Assembly: GCA_964016885.1 (NCBI GenBank)
Contig: OZ024743.1
Coordinates: 90,644,001-90,708,000 of the forward strand
Origin: Eledone cirrhosa
Lineage: Eukaryota
Direction of reading: 5' to 3'
Length of the DNA stretch: 64,000 bases
In this document: positions 12,795 through 26,458 of the stretch, one piece after another
Layout of the letters: every line of letters begins with the position of its first letter
Numbering within the stretch: the first letter of the stretch is position 1
Program-made: the position numbers and the translations under genes
The notes under the pieces: model-generated
What the model was told of the DNA's origin: nothing
Database searches by the model: none
Seen by the model: the letters and a program-made list of their open reading frames with translations, nothing else

Positions 12795-15085
12795 TCTTCA
12801 GTGAACGTTCTCCCGTTCATCCGCCCACTGTTCTTCGGTGCGAAGTTATTTGGTCTCACCAAGCCCAACGAAGACCTGCGCCCCATTGCGGTTGGCTGCA
12901 CTCTTCGCCTCCTCACTGCAAAGGCGTGTTTGCTATTGGTCTCCGACTCACTGGCGGAGGAATTTTCCCCCATCCAGCTGGGGTGGGTACCAGGCTGGGA
13001 TATGAGGCTGTTGTCCACGCTGCAAGAGCATTTACCAACTTGCCCTCCTCGTCCCCCAAGGTCATCTTCAAACTTGACCTCAGGAATACCTTCAGCTCCG
13101 TCAGCCGCGACATCATCCTCAGCTCAGTAAGAGAGAGGGTCTCACAACTCTACCACTTTGCTTGGCAAGCTTATCGGGAGCCCACCTACCTCTCTTTTGG
13201 TGACTAGATCATCACCTCTGCCCCATGAGTCCAACAGGGTGACCCATTTGGGCCTGCACTGTTTGCACTGGGCATTGATGACGTCACCAAGATGGGGGTT
13301 GAGTTGGACCTCAATGTCTGGCACCTCGACGAGGCCTGTTTGGGGGGAACTCCGGATATGGTTCTCGCCACTGCCAAGAAGATGGTTGGGGAGCTTGGCC
13401 GCCGGGGTCTCCAAATCAATAGCTCCAAATGTAAGCTCTGGATCCTCAACCACCCGGCTTCTCAACACCAACAACTGATCGACCTGTTTGCAGAGTCCTT
13501 CCCTTCCATCACGGTCCCTCCCCCATCAGCTTGGTGCTCCTTAGGAGCCCCAATCTCAGACCTGGCCTTCGAGTCAACCTTCCAATCGAAGATGGTTAGT
13601 CTTGAGCAGCTGCTGAGGAATATTGAAGTTATCAAATCCCATCAAGGTTTCTTCATACTCGGGAACTACCTGTCTATTCCTAAGCTTCTGTATCTGCTCA
13701 GGGTCAGCCCCTCTCACAGATTTCCGTCCTGCCTCCAACACTTCGACGACCTAATCTTCGAGAGACTCGAGTGTCTGGTCAATGTTAGACTCTCTCCGGA
13801 GTCAGGCGATCAGGCTGCGTTGCCCAAGCGATTTGAGGGTCTTGGTCTTCGTACATGTTCGTCCCTCTCTCTCCCCTGCTACCTTCCCTCCACCCACGCT
13901 TGCTCCACCCTGGTGAGCAGCATCCTCTCCTCTCCAACATGGACTAGTTCCAACAGGGAGTTAGGTGAAGCTCTCCAGCAATGGAGTGAGTTGGGCTTGT
14001 CTCTTCCTGAGAAGGTGGAGGACAGTCAAAGTCAGAGAGCTTGGGACAGCATAAGTTCGAAGGCCACCTTCAACTCCCTCTTCGTCCAGTCAGATCAGTT
14101 TGCAAGGTGCCGCTTACTATCTGCCAGCGCCAAATACTCAGGCGACTGGGTCGATGCCCTACCCGTAGCCAAGGTTGGTGGCCTACTCAGCCTGGACGAA
14201 CTTTGTGTCTCCTTCGCCCTCAGAGTGGGAGCTGACGTCTGCATGGGTTTGAGGTGCCGATGCGGCAAATTCCTTGACTCTACAGGCCTCCACGGTCTTT
14301 TTTGCTGCCTGAATGCCGTCCGCTTCGCGCGTCACATGGAGCTAAACCTTATTCTGAAGAGAGCTTTGGCCTGGGCGAATATCCCCTCAGTCTTAGAACC
14401 ATCTGGGTTGTCCAGAAATGATGGCAAAAGACCTGACGGTCTTACCCTGTGCCCCTGGTCGAGGATGTCTGGGATGTCACTGTTAGTAACTCTTTTGCTC
14501 TTTCCCACACCTGGGTGTTGCAGTTAGGACGAGAGCCACAGCTTCTGCAGCCGAGCGGAGTAAGACCCTCAAATACTCTGATCTGTCGGCCAGCTACATT
14601 TTTCAGCCTATGGCTTTCGAGACGTTTGGGGGAGTCGGGTCGCTGACTGTGAGGTTCCTCTCTTCACTGGCGGCTCGCCTAATAGAGGTAACTGGCGAAT
14701 CTCGCGAGGGTGCTTGGCTGTTTCAGCGCATCAGCTTCGCCATCACCCGAGGCAACACTGCGAGTCTGCTGGTTTGCCTCAAAAATCATTAGAGAGGTTG
14801 CCCAGTACTCGCAACGTTGCTGTATTTTGCTCTGGTGTTGGCTCCGTTGTTGACCCATTCCTTTACATTTTCTTTAATATTGTAACATTAAAAGAATATA
14901 TCTTTCATTGTACCATTCTTTATAGTGTTACCGAAGTATTTATAATGTTATTTATGTATATATTTAAAATATATTTGTTATGTTATTCTACTGTAAATTT
15001 ATTTAAATGCTCTGTTTATATTTTCATTCTGAAGGAATTGCAAACGATTTGTAATGTTGTTTGTGCAACTATTAATAAAAATATT
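12795..15085 (+). mobile_element. CRE-clade (RT + RLE) non-LTR retrotransposon, 5'-truncated, with GTTGGC target-site duplication
   Basis: DLRPIAVGCTLR, QQGDP.GP.LF, WHLDE (YLDD equivalent), LPKRFEGLGL, CRCG...H...C zinc knuckle, GKRPDG, WDVTV, FETFGG. AATAAA at 15074. GTTGGC at 12789-12794 and 15086-15091. Confidence 0.9.
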
Positions 15086-15169
15086 GTTGGCACTTAGGAA
15101 ACTAGGAGTAGAAGAGTGGTTAGTGATGGTAAAAGCTATGTACAGAGGTGCTGCCAGTAAGGTTAAAGT

Positions 15170-15352
15170 TAATAATTGTTTCTACTATTGGCACAAGGCC
15201 AGCAGTTATTCCAGTGCATTACTGGGACTTTATTTTATCGACCCTGTAAGGATGAAAGGCAAAGTTAACCTCGGCAGGATTTGAACTCAGATCATAAAGG
15301 GAGGTAACTCTATGCTTCAAAGCATGGTGTCCGACCCTCTACTGATACTGCC
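15170..15352 (-). mobile_element. tRNA-derived SINE inserted in RTE
   Basis: Same sequence family as 19125-19320 and the 51.6-52.7 kb copies. Confidence 0.85.
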
Positions 15353-15817
15353 AAATAGTGAGGAGTTTAGTGTGCGAGCTGGTGTCCACCAAGGCTCCGT
15401 CCTTAGCCCCCTCCTGTTTATTATTGTCCTCCAGGCTATAACAGAAGAGTTTAAAACAGGATGCCCTTGGGAACTCCTGAATGCTGATGATCTAACTCTC
15501 TTACCTGAATCTATGACAGAACTAGAGAAAAAACTCCTGATCTTGAAACATAATCTGGAATCAAAAGGTCTGAAAGTCAACTTGGCAAAGACCAAAGTTC
15601 TAGTAAGTAGTAAGGAAAACAAGGCCCTGATCCCTTCTTGGAAACGGCCTTGCTCAGCGTGTAGGAAAGGGGTGGGTAGAAATTCCATCCTGTCTTAAAT
15701 CAAGCTATGGGTTACACAAGAGATATAGTAGCAGAATTATGGCACCAAATTAGACAGTTCTAAGTAACATTCTATCGTTAAAGAATAGCTGGGATTTCGG
15801 CCTGACCAGTCAGCAAT

Positions 15818-15928
15818 ATTTTGCATGATACCACAGTCGAAACCATTGCCAAAGAGCTAGTCCAGCATTGGATTTTGCATTATGGCACACCTTCTACCAT
15901 CACAACAGACCGAGGAGGCCAGTTTGAA
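15818..15928 (+). mobile_element. Ty3/Gypsy integrase core fragment
   Basis: Translates to ILHDTTVETIAKELVQHWILHYGTPSTITTDRGGQFE (rve signature G.P..I.TD.G.QF). Confidence 0.8.
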
Positions 15929-17443
15929 CCAAACAGAGTCACGATAAAATGCTTCCAGTACACTCTGTAAAGTAGTTGGCATTAGGAAAGACATCCAGCC
16001 ATAGAAATCAAGCCCAAACATAACACACTAGAAGGTGTGCTTAAGGACTCTACCCTCACGACCATCCTAGGAATAACTGGGCGCGGAAAATATTTTGCAT
16101 CGAAACTCTGGTTGAAAATATATCAGCTCCAGTGCTTCGTTCCGACAGGATACAAATTTATTGCTTAAGATGGGAAAATCTACACACGTTTATGTTGTTG
16201 TTGAACTTGAAAAATATTTGAAAACCCTAATCTAACTTTCATCATTTGGTAAAAACTCGCAACATATATTGTTATATTGGTTTCGCTGTTTATATTTGAA
16301 ACGCGTAAGTTGACAACTATTTTCTGTGTGTAGTAAAGTTGAGAACTACTCATAAATCGAAAGCTTACCATACATTTTTCATTGAATATTAACAAAGAAT
16401 ATACTGTTATTCCTACCTAGATAGCGATCTGCTTCCTAACATTGATTTTAGACACAAGGTGAGCAAAGTTGTGGGGAGCGGAAAGTCGATTACATCAACC
16501 CTAGTACTTGACTGGTACTTTACTTTATCGGAAGTATAAAATCTATAATATTATAAATTCATATATCTACACCCGTCTCGCGTTCGGTAGGAAAATAATT
16601 TTTTTCTAGTCTTTTTCTTATGTTTTCAACGAATTTGGCCCCCAATTCCATTCCGTATGACTTGTTTATCAGAATTTATTGTAAAGAAAACTCTGAGAGT
16701 GCGAAAATCCAAAGGTGCTACGTCTCCGTTTGCACCCTCTTCTTTCTAAAAAACGAATAATTTCCGATTGGTTTGGAGGTCAAATTCTTTGAAAACACGG
16801 ACAATAGAAGGGCTGGGTGGAATTCCCACCGAATGCGAGATGGAGAATTGAATGGTGTTTCTAGCAGGTTGAGTGACATACTTCCCACATAGGTTTCTGA
16901 TCAAGAAGTTTCTTCTTTATTGACCATTCCTCTCTTTTAGAGGCAGTGCTCTAACATGGCATTGGTTATGATGACTAAAACTAACCAAAGAGGGTTTTGT
17001 TAGTTGATTAATTTTCCTGAAAAAACTCAAGAGAAGTTCTACTTATTACATAAGGGAAGTTAAAATAATGATTTATAGGATAGAGGGAGATAAGGAATTT
17101 TTATGAACCAACTTGTTGAAAGCTACATGCTAAATCTGTAGTTGGTGCAAGGACCTATCAAGATGAATAGTGGTCGAATATTAGAATAGATAAAGACATA
17201 AAAGCCAGGCGACACACCTGGGGAAAATGTGGGAAGTTAGAAGAGAAGCTATACGTCAGGTATACGTAACTAGGGAAGAATGACCACAATGATTCGTGAC
17301 ATATGTTACTACAGATGCCCCCCCCCCCCAATCACTGAACTCCCCCCACTCTCCTCTACATTATTTCCTTTCTTTCATTCCCATTACTCTGTTATAACTC
17401 TGTTCCACCCACTCCCTATCCTCACTCTTGAATATGTTTGCCT

Positions 17444-17715
17444 TTAACCTCTTCAGTGCCATAGACGAGATAACTCGTCCTAACATGTTTAAACTCTTTA
17501 CCAACACTTTGGAACTTCAAAGTTATGAATTGTTGGAAACGAGTTCATAACTTCAAAGCTATATGGGGTTATTAGTTTATTGATGTGACATTTGTCAATC
17601 ATCCAGATATGTGTTGTTAAATGTAGTTTAAAGAAATAGCCATTTTACTGGAAAAAAAAAAACCCGACACGGCAACTGTAACTGTGTAAAATATGCATGG
17701 CAGTCAACAGGTTAA
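17444..17715. mobile_element. piggyBac-type MITE
   Basis: TTAA-CCTCTTCAGTGCCAT ... ATGGCAGTCAACAGG-TTAA: imperfect TIRs with TTAA TSD. Confidence 0.65.
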
Positions 17716-17829
17716 ACAAGATACCTTCCTCCTAGTTGACACCACTATGAAAAACACTCGATGTGGAATCATCAATATCATTGTAAGCTCGTCTTTGATT
17801 TTGTGTGAATATACACCTATATATATATA

Positions 17830-18645
17830 AATATAAATTTAGCGAGAATCGCATTTCGGCTGGTAGAAATTAGCAAAACGCAACTTCCATATTGTGCAGA
17901 CAAGCGGTCCATGGATATGAAGAAGATACCAGAGCTATAAACATAAGTTAAAATGGTCATACACGCTGAGACGATGGTTAAGAAGCCATTAACCACCATA
18001 GCCAAAAAAGCGAACAAGCTAAACGGGTCAAACAAAATGAGATATGATTGAAATATTTACCCGGACCCTCGGGGATGATGGAATACTCCGAAATTGGGTT
18101 TCTGCAACACCTAAATCAATAATACTGTCTGCTTATAAAAAATAAGATTTTGGTATAATGATCGAACAAGGCATCGCTTTCTCAACGGGTTTTTGTTCTT
18201 CTTGCACCAGAATCTCGCAGGTTATGAAAGCACATGCGAGAATCTAAGGAGAGAAAATCCCTATTTTGGTCAGTGAATTCAGCATGTGTAGTTATTGCAA
18301 AAATTTGCAAAAACCGCACAAAACGAATTAAGCTCTCTACCGAGTTGTTTTTAAAATAAACTTAAGCGATTAATCAGTCAATAGAATTAACTAAAAAGCC
18401 AAAAAAAAAATTAACTGGTTAATCGCTTGACTTGGGAGATTAATACAAATATAAATTTAGCGCGAATCGCATTTCGGCGGGTAGAAATTAGCGAAACGCA
18501 ACTTCCATATTGTGCTGACAAGCGCTCGATGGAACTGAAGAAGATACCAGAGCTATAAACATAAGTTAAAATGGTCATACACGCTGAGACGATGGTTAAG
18601 AAGCCATTAACCACCATAGCCAAAAGAGCGAACAAGCTAAACGGA
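17830..18645. repeat. About 200-bp direct repeat pair (17830-18025 and 18447-18643) with about 420-bp spacer
   Basis: ataaatttagcg.gaatcgcatttcggc...aagctaaacgg occurs twice at high identity, abutting (TA)n. Confidence 0.85.
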
Positions 18646-18917
18646 TGTGTGTAGGTGTCTATCTTATATTTACATCCATAGTTGAAATAAACTGATGTTT
18701 TTCCTACATATAACCCTAGTTTATTCACTCCAAAATATAATTTTACAAGTCACAATAGATAATAATAGAGGAAAATGTTGATCTTTTGTGGGTGTTTGTC
18801 TATTTTTGAGTTTCTGCTAAACAGAACATGTGTTGGAACTTAACCAATGGAGCTTGATCAGTGTCATTGATCATAGGCCTGCTTAGTCGGGTCTAACTTT
18901 GGGCTAAATAACAACCA

Positions 18918-19320
18918 AATAATGATTTCTACAATAGGCACAAGGCCAGTAATTTGGGGGGAGGGGAAAATCGATTAAATCGACCCCAGTGCATTACTGG
19001 TACTTTATTTTATCGACCCCGTAAGGATGAAAGGCAAAGTTGAACTCAGAACGCAAAGGGCCATAACTCTATGCTGCAAGGCATGGTGTCTGACGCTCTA
19101 CCGATCAGCCAATCCACCGCCATACCAAATAATTGTTTCTACTTTTGGCACAAGGCCAGCAATTACCCAGTGCATTACTGGTACTTTATTTTATCGACCC
19201 CGTAATGATGAAAGGCAAAGTTAACCTTGGCGGGATTTGAACTCAGATCATGCAGGGAGGTAACTCTATGCTTCAAAGCATGGCGTCCGACCCACTACCG
19301 ATACTGCCAATCCACCGCCT
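18918..19320 (-). mobile_element. Two tandem tRNA-derived SINEs
   Basis: Repeated ggcacaaggccag...actggtactttattttatcgacccc...aatccaccgcc units. Confidence 0.85.
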
Positions 19321-19410
19321 TATAATACCAAATAATAACAAATAATAACAACCAAATAATAACAAATGACATTTCTGGAGAGAGAATAATGTTATCCACT
19401 ATTCTATAGT

Positions 19411-19624
19411 TTAACCCTTTAGCATTTATCTTACTCTATATATGCTATTGTGTTTTCACAGTAAATACTTTATCTCACATATTATTGAATCTACGAGATT
19501 TTAATATTATTTATTTTGAACAATACCTTAACATTAGTATGAGCAGCCAGTTATGGCTGGTTTGAACAGAAAGAGGTGAGAGAATTCTGGCCAGATATGG
19601 CTGGTTTAAATGCTAAAGGTTTAA
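19411..19624. mobile_element. piggyBac-type MITE
   Basis: TTAA-CCCTTTAGCATTT ... AAATGCTAAAGGT-TTAA. Confidence 0.8.
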
Positions 19625-19659
19625 TAAACAATGTTACACATCTGCTGACTCCACAAAAA

Positions 19660-21465
19660 GTTGTCTGACTCTGGCTACTGTACTTTCAGAGCACCCTCCA
19701 CCACTGCTGATTTTGTCATCCAGGTAACGGAAGAGGTCCACTATTTCTATAGAACCATCTGGGCAATAGAAGGAGCTAGTATCCTGTGGGCACTTGCTAC
19801 TTATTGCACCTGAGTATTGGCCACATATAAAATCTATGTTCTTAGATAGCTTACCTGTGATTCCACTACATCTTTTATGTACCCATAGTTTGCATTTCGG
19901 ACATAAAATGGAATTTCTGCCTACTCCTTTCCTATACACTGAGCATGGACATTTCCCAGAGGAGACCTGTGCCCTATTTTCCTTTCTACAAACTAGAACT
20001 TTAGTGTTAGACAAGTTAACTTTAAGGCCTTTTGATTCTAGGCCATGCTTCCATGTTTGGAATTTCTTCTTTAATTCAGCCATCGATTCAGCTATGAGAG
20101 TTAGATCATCTGCGTATAGGAGTTCCCATGGGCAGCTGGTCTTGAACTCCTCTGTTATAGCCCGAAGGGCAATAATAAATAGGAGGGGGCTAAGGTCAGA
20201 GCCTTGATGAAACCAACTTTTATGCTAAATTCTTCACTATATTCGTTGTTAATACTAACCTTGCTGACTGTTTCTTTATACATGGCTTGTATAGCTCTCA
20301 CAAGCCATTCATCAACACTTAGTTTTCTAAGAGCCCACCAGATAATGGAGAGGGGGACTCTGTCAAAGGCTTTCTCCAAGTCAACAAAAGCTAAGTAGAG
20401 GGGTTTACTTTTAGCTAGCTACTTCTGTAGTTGTCGTACAGGAAAAGAGCATCTGTGGTACTTTTATCTGACACAAACCCAAACTGCATTTCATTTAGAT
20501 TAATTCGCTCTCTGCTTAGTTGCGCTATAACTCTTTCTGTGACCTTCATGACCTGGTCAACTAACTTAATACCTCCATAGTTTCCCCTATCTAGAGCATC
20601 TACTTTACCTTTGTAGCAGTTAATGCTGATGCTGCTACACCAGTCCTTCGGAACGACCCCATTCTGTATGACTTGGTTTACTATCCGGGTGACCATAGTG
20701 TGTCCCACCGTTCCAGATGCCTTCAACATCTCAGCAACTATCTCCGAAAGCCCAGTTGCCTTGCCTGTCTTCATATCTGTGATTGCCTTACTTATTATAC
20801 TACCTTTAACTTGCACTGCTGGTCCTTCTATTGGATCGATTTGGAGCAGACTTTTTCCCATTTATTCTCCTCATTTAGTAGCCTTTCGTAGTGACACTTC
20901 CAAGCTACCTTCTTATCAGCATCAGTGATGGCAAGTACATCCTTGCGGACACACTTCTCCCCAACAATATCACGGTTTTCCTTGACACATTGTCTTGCAA
21001 TCCTGAACACCACACGCTTTTAGTCCTCGCGTTTTAGAACATGCTTGAACTTTCTTTCCTCTGCTTCCCTTCTTGCAAAGTACACTTGTCTCCTAGCTTC
21101 TCTCCTGGCTACTTGATAGTATTCTCTACTTCCCCCATCCCACCATACTTTCCAAGCCTGTGTTTTGGCCTTGATTGACTCCGCCACCTTACTGTTCCAC
21201 CACCAAGTTACTCTCCTCCTGCCTATAGGTCTGCTCCAGCCACAGATTTCATCTGTCACCTTCAGCAGGTTAACTTTCAGGAATTTGCACTGTTCCGCTA
21301 TATTGTACGTCTCTAATTGCTCTTCCTTGCTGCCAAAAGCATCAAGTAATATGCTTTTAAATTTGTTACTGGCTGTGGGGTCCTTTAACTTTCATATTCT
21401 TCTCCTCAGGGTAGTCCTCCTCTGTTGTCGAGTACGTCTAGTCTTGACTATGAGGTCACTAACTA
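19660..21465 (-). mobile_element. RTE LINE internal fragment
   Basis: Minus-strand ORFs with VTWWWN, NYGGIKL, EKAFDRV and the PHD finger. Confidence 0.95.
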
Positions 21466-22440
21466 TATTAATGTTAAAATCATTTTATATAAAGATTAAT
21501 GATTTTTACAGGACTACTCCTTTTACCTTCTTTAAGAATTTATCTGAGAATGTTCACCATCCAACAACAAGTTTTTAGTACCCTTAAATTATAATCTCTA
21601 CTTCTTGATAAAAAACCATAAAATTCTAGAAAATCAATAATAATTTCAATCCATTTTAGATTCAAAACTCTAGGATATTGTGAAATTTGAAAAAATATTA
21701 TCCAATCTGACAAGTCGACATAAATGTATAAAATTGACCAGATACATGCCACAATTTAATCTTTAGTACTATTAACTGCAAATACAAGAAAATAAACTAG
21801 GATGGTCTCAATGAAATCTATGGAAAATAGTTGGAAGAATTTACAAAATATAAGATGACATTGTCAGAAGAGAATTTCTAACTTCAGATGCATCATCAAT
21901 ATCTATCTACTTTTAAAAGACTAAGGCAAAATTTTACACAGAACTCATACATCTCTCCAGCCACCCTGTTAAGAGGTCATACTGGTGTCATGACAAAAAG
22001 CACCCATTAACTTACAATGTCAAACTGGGTCAACTAGACTTTAAATCATACAAATCTTTTAAGAAACGTAATAGCATCCCATTGTACATCCATACACAAT
22101 ATAACCACCATGCCATTAAACGTTTTACCAAAAAACATCAGCTTATTGGTATATATTACACATACACTGGTTTGTAGTAAATTTAGATTGGTTTAAACCC
22201 CAGTGAAAGAATCTAAGGTATTGTTAAAATGAATAAATAAAGAAATAATATGAGTTTTTCTATTGCTCCACTTGCACTGAATTTTGTAACTAAAGAATAT
22301 TAGAGAATGAATTGTGTACGATATGAATTATCGCACGTGTCATTTGGAACCCAGCTTGTCTCGAAATTCCCTGCCGCTAAAAATAGCAGCCTGGCTAACA
22401 GGACAATAAAAATTAACTCTACATGATGGAGACGACAAAT

Positions 22441-23011
<571 letters not shown>

Positions 23012-23813
23012 CGTAGTTTAGAAAGCCACAACAATGCAGAGGGAAATCTCGAGGTAGGAAGTGAATGATAGATAGGAGAAATAGGATAAAGTGAAAGTTG
23101 AGAGAGACAAAGATGAAAACAAAACAAAGGTAGAAGGGTTACCGTAGTGGAGATTTAATCCCAATATTTCGGGCTCACGCCCATCAACGGGGGAAAGTTC
23201 CAAAAGGGGGGGAACAGGCTAAGCGGAGAAAGTTGTGATGTCGTTAAAACAGGAATGCCGTTATGGGACGAAAATTATTTAAAATTTAAATGAGGGAAAG
23301 AATGCGCGTGCACGTGATAGGCTGTGGCAAAAGCTACTGACCAAATGGGTTAAATCAAGAGGGTGCGCTAGCGTGTGAAAGCCGTAAAATATGTGTGTGT
23401 AAATATATATGTGTGTGTAACTGTGTGTGTATATGTGTAAGTGTGTATATGTGTGAGTGTGTGTGTGTGAAAGATAGTGGGCTGTAGAAGCTGGAAATCA
23501 AAGGGTGTGAAAGGTGGTAGGTTGTAAAACATGTGTGCGTGTATAAATATAGATGTGTGTGTGTATGCGTATGGGTATATATGTGTGTGTAACTGTGTGT
23601 GTATATGTGTAAGTGTGTATATGTGTGAGTGCGTGTGTGTGTGAAAGATAGTGGGCTGTAGAAGCTGGAAATCAAAGGGTGTGAAAGGTGGTAGGTTGTA
23701 AAAACATGTGTGCGTGTATAAATATAGATGTGTGTGTGTATGCGTATGGGTATGCATATACGTGCGTGTGTGTGAAAATAGCAGGCCGTAAGGGCTGTGA
23801 ATGGTCACTATGG

Positions 23814-24899
23814 TTAAGTTAGCCATGTCAGCTCATTTCTCTCAGCCCGGTTGTTAAGTGGGGGTCTGAGGTTCTTAATAACAAGTGCTTCCTTTATCCT
23901 TAAGGATCCGATGCTGCGTTCAGTCGCTAGGACTGTGACCAAGGGTCTACCCTGTGGGTTTCCGCATTTAAGGATGTGTTTACGGAAGGAAGATGCGTTG
24001 GTGTTGATATGTTCCTTGATACGAACATGTAGGGGTCGGATGGTGCTACCTATGTAAAACTTGTTACATTTATCGCATTGAATCTTATATACGACATAGG
24101 TGCGTAGGCAATCTGCCCCCCGTATCGGGCAGTTGCTGAGGGAACACGTCCCATCTGACTCGTCGGGTTTGTTGGAGAGGCATCTTCGCAGCGAAGGTCC
24201 TGTGTGGGCCAAATGTATGTCAAGTCCCTCCGTCCGTATGGCCCTGCGGATGGCGTTCGTGGTATATTCACTCAGGTGGGGGATTTTAAAGAAGCACCTG
24301 CTTTTATTTAAGTTTCTAGTGGGAGTCTGTCTATTGGGTCTGGGGTCTCTAATTCCGTTAATCAGTCGCTTGGGATATCCATTAGACCTGAGTAGATTAC
24401 GGAATTGCGTGGTATGGGTGAGACCACCCATCAGGTCGCTGCATCTGTTAGTGATCCGTGTCAGTTCATTTAGGACATAGCCTCTCTTAGCGTTGTTGGG
24501 GAGGGCTGAGTTGTAATGCACAAACAAGTCCTTGCACGCTGCCTTGCGGTAGAAGGTGGTGTTTATGTCTCCTTCTTCCGAGATGTTGATACGGAAGTCG
24601 AGGAGGGCGAGTGACCCGTCTTCTCCTGGGTGTTCGATGGTGAAATCGACGTGATGGTCAGTATCGTTGAAGATTTGGTGAATTTCATTCGCCATCTCCC
24701 GGGAAGAAGTAAGTATCAGGATGTCATCAACGTATCTGGAGTAGAAGGCGACGGCGTTGGGTTGGCAGGTATTGAGTGCCTTGCGTTCCAGGTGGTCCAT
24801 GTACGAGATCGCAAGTATGCCGGACAGACTAGAGCCCATAGGTAGCCCAGAGATTTGTTTGTACGTGTGGCCGAGGAAATTGAAGAGTGCATTATCCAC
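23814..24899 (-). CDS. PLE RT C-half plus GIY-YIG endonuclease (5'-truncated, uninterrupted)
   Basis: 361-aa open frame with YVDD and GIY-YIG motifs. Confidence 0.85.
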   Translation of the reverse strand: MDNALFNFLGHTYKQISGLPMGSSLSGILAISYMDHLERKALNTCQPNAVAFYSRYVDDILILTSSREMANEIHQIFNDTDHHVDFTIEHPGEDGSLALLDFRINISEEGDINTTFYRKAACKDLFVHYNSALPNNAKRGYVLNELTRITNRCSDLMGGLTHTTQFRNLLRSNGYPKRLINGIRDPRPNRQTPTRNLNKSRCFFKIPHLSEYTTNAIRRAIRTEGLDIHLAHTGPSLRRCLSNKPDESDGTCSLSNCPIRGADCLRTYVVYKIQCDKCNKFYIGSTIRPLHVRIKEHINTNASSFRKHILKCGNPQGRPLVTVLATERSIGSLRIKEALVIKNLRPPLNNRAERNELTWLT

Positions 24900-26413
24900 A
24901 ACGAATTACTTCTTCCCGGGAGATGGCGAATGAAATTCACCAAATCTTCAACGATACTGACCATCACGTCGATTTCACCATCGAACACCCAGGAGAAGAC
25001 GGGTCACTCGCCCTCCTCGACTTCCGTATCAACATCTCGGAAGAAGGAGACATAAACACCACCTTCTACCGCAAAGCAGCGTGCAAGGACTTGTTTGTGC
25101 ATTACAACTCAGCCCTCCCCAACAACGCTAAGAGAGGCTATGTCCTAAATGAACTGACACGGATCACTAACAGATGCAGCGACCCGATGGGTGGTCTCAC
25201 CCATACTACGCAATTCCGTAATCTACTCAGGTCTAATGGATATCCCAAGCGACTGATTAACGGAATTAGAGACCCCAGACCCAATAGACAGACTCCCACT
25301 AGAAACTTAAATAAAAGCAGGTGCTTCTTTAAAATCCCCCACCTGAGTGAATATACCACGAACGCCATCCGCAGGGCCATACGGACGGAGGGACTTGACA
25401 TACATTTGGCCCACACAGGACCTTCGCTGCGAAAATGCCTCTCCAACAAACCCGACGAGTCAGATGGGACGTGTTCCCTCAGCAACTGCCCGATACGGGG
25501 GACAGATTGCCTACGCACCTATGTCGTATATAAGATTCAATGCGATAAATGTAACAAGTTTTACATAGGTAGCACCATCCGACCCCTACATGTTCGTATC
25601 AAGGAACATATCAACACCAACGCATCTTCCTTCCGTAAACACATCCTTAAATGCGGAAACCCACAGGGTAGACCCTTGGTCACAGTCCTAGCGACTGAAC
25701 GCAGCATCGGATCCTTAAGGATAAAGGAAGCACTTGTTATTAAGAACCTCAGACCCCCACTTAACAACCGGGCTGAGAGAAATGAGCTGACATGGCTAAC
25801 TTAACCATAGTGACCATTCACAGCCCTTACGGCCTGCTATTTTCACACACACGCACGTATATGCATACCCATACGCATACACACACACATCTATATTTAT
25901 ACACGCACACATGTTTTTACAACCTACCACCTTTCACACCCTTTGATTTCCAGCTTCTACAGCCCACTATCTTTCACACACACACGCACTCACACATATA
26001 CACACAGAGTTACACACACATGTATACCCATACGCTTACACACACACATCTATATTTATACACGCACACATGTTTTACAACCTACCACCTTTCACACCCT
26101 TTGATTTCCAGCTTCTACAGCCCACTATCTTTCACACACACACACACTCACACATATACACACTTACACATATACACACACAGTTACACACACATATATA
26201 TTTACACACACATATTTTACGGCTTTCACACGCTAGCGCACCCTCTTGATTTAACCCATTTGGTCAGTAGCTTTTGCCACAGCCTATCACGCGCACGCGC
26301 ATTCTTTACCTCATTTAAATTTTAAATAATTTTCTCCCCATAACGGCATTCCTGTTTTAACGACATCACAACTTTCTCCGCTTAGCCTGTTCCCCCCCCC
26401 CCTTTTGGAACTT

Positions 26414-26458
26414 TCCCCCGTTGATGGGCATGAGCCCGAAATATTGGGATTAAATCTC
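26414..26458 (+). ncRNA. Hammerhead-like motif with non-canonical core in PLE pLTR (mirror copy 23150-23194, minus)
   Basis: CCC-CGTTGAT-GGGC RTGA GCCC-GAAA-TATT-GGG-ATTAAATCTC. Confidence 0.45.

Larger units (their letters stand above)
11750..15720 (+). mobile_element. RTE LINE, decayed, interrupted by a CRE element and a SINE
   Basis: RT motifs run to 12790 and resume at 15090 (LRKLGVEEWLV) and 15355 (GVHQGSVLSPLLF). Confidence 0.9.

Noticed and set aside
16360-16400. Possible minus-strand mini-exon ending in a GTAAGC donor
   Set aside because: Only a donor motif, with no supporting homology or partner exon.
18490-18560. Type II hammerhead-like arrangement (GAAA...TTCCAT/ATGGAA-CTGAAGA)
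   Set aside because: The cleavage triplet is AAC rather than NUH, stem II does not close, and the sister repeat lacks the core.
17817-18728. Duplicated hydrophobic ORFs (MVVNGFLTIVSACMTIL...)
   Set aside because: Differences between the copies are mostly non-synonymous, with no recognisable family or splice structure.
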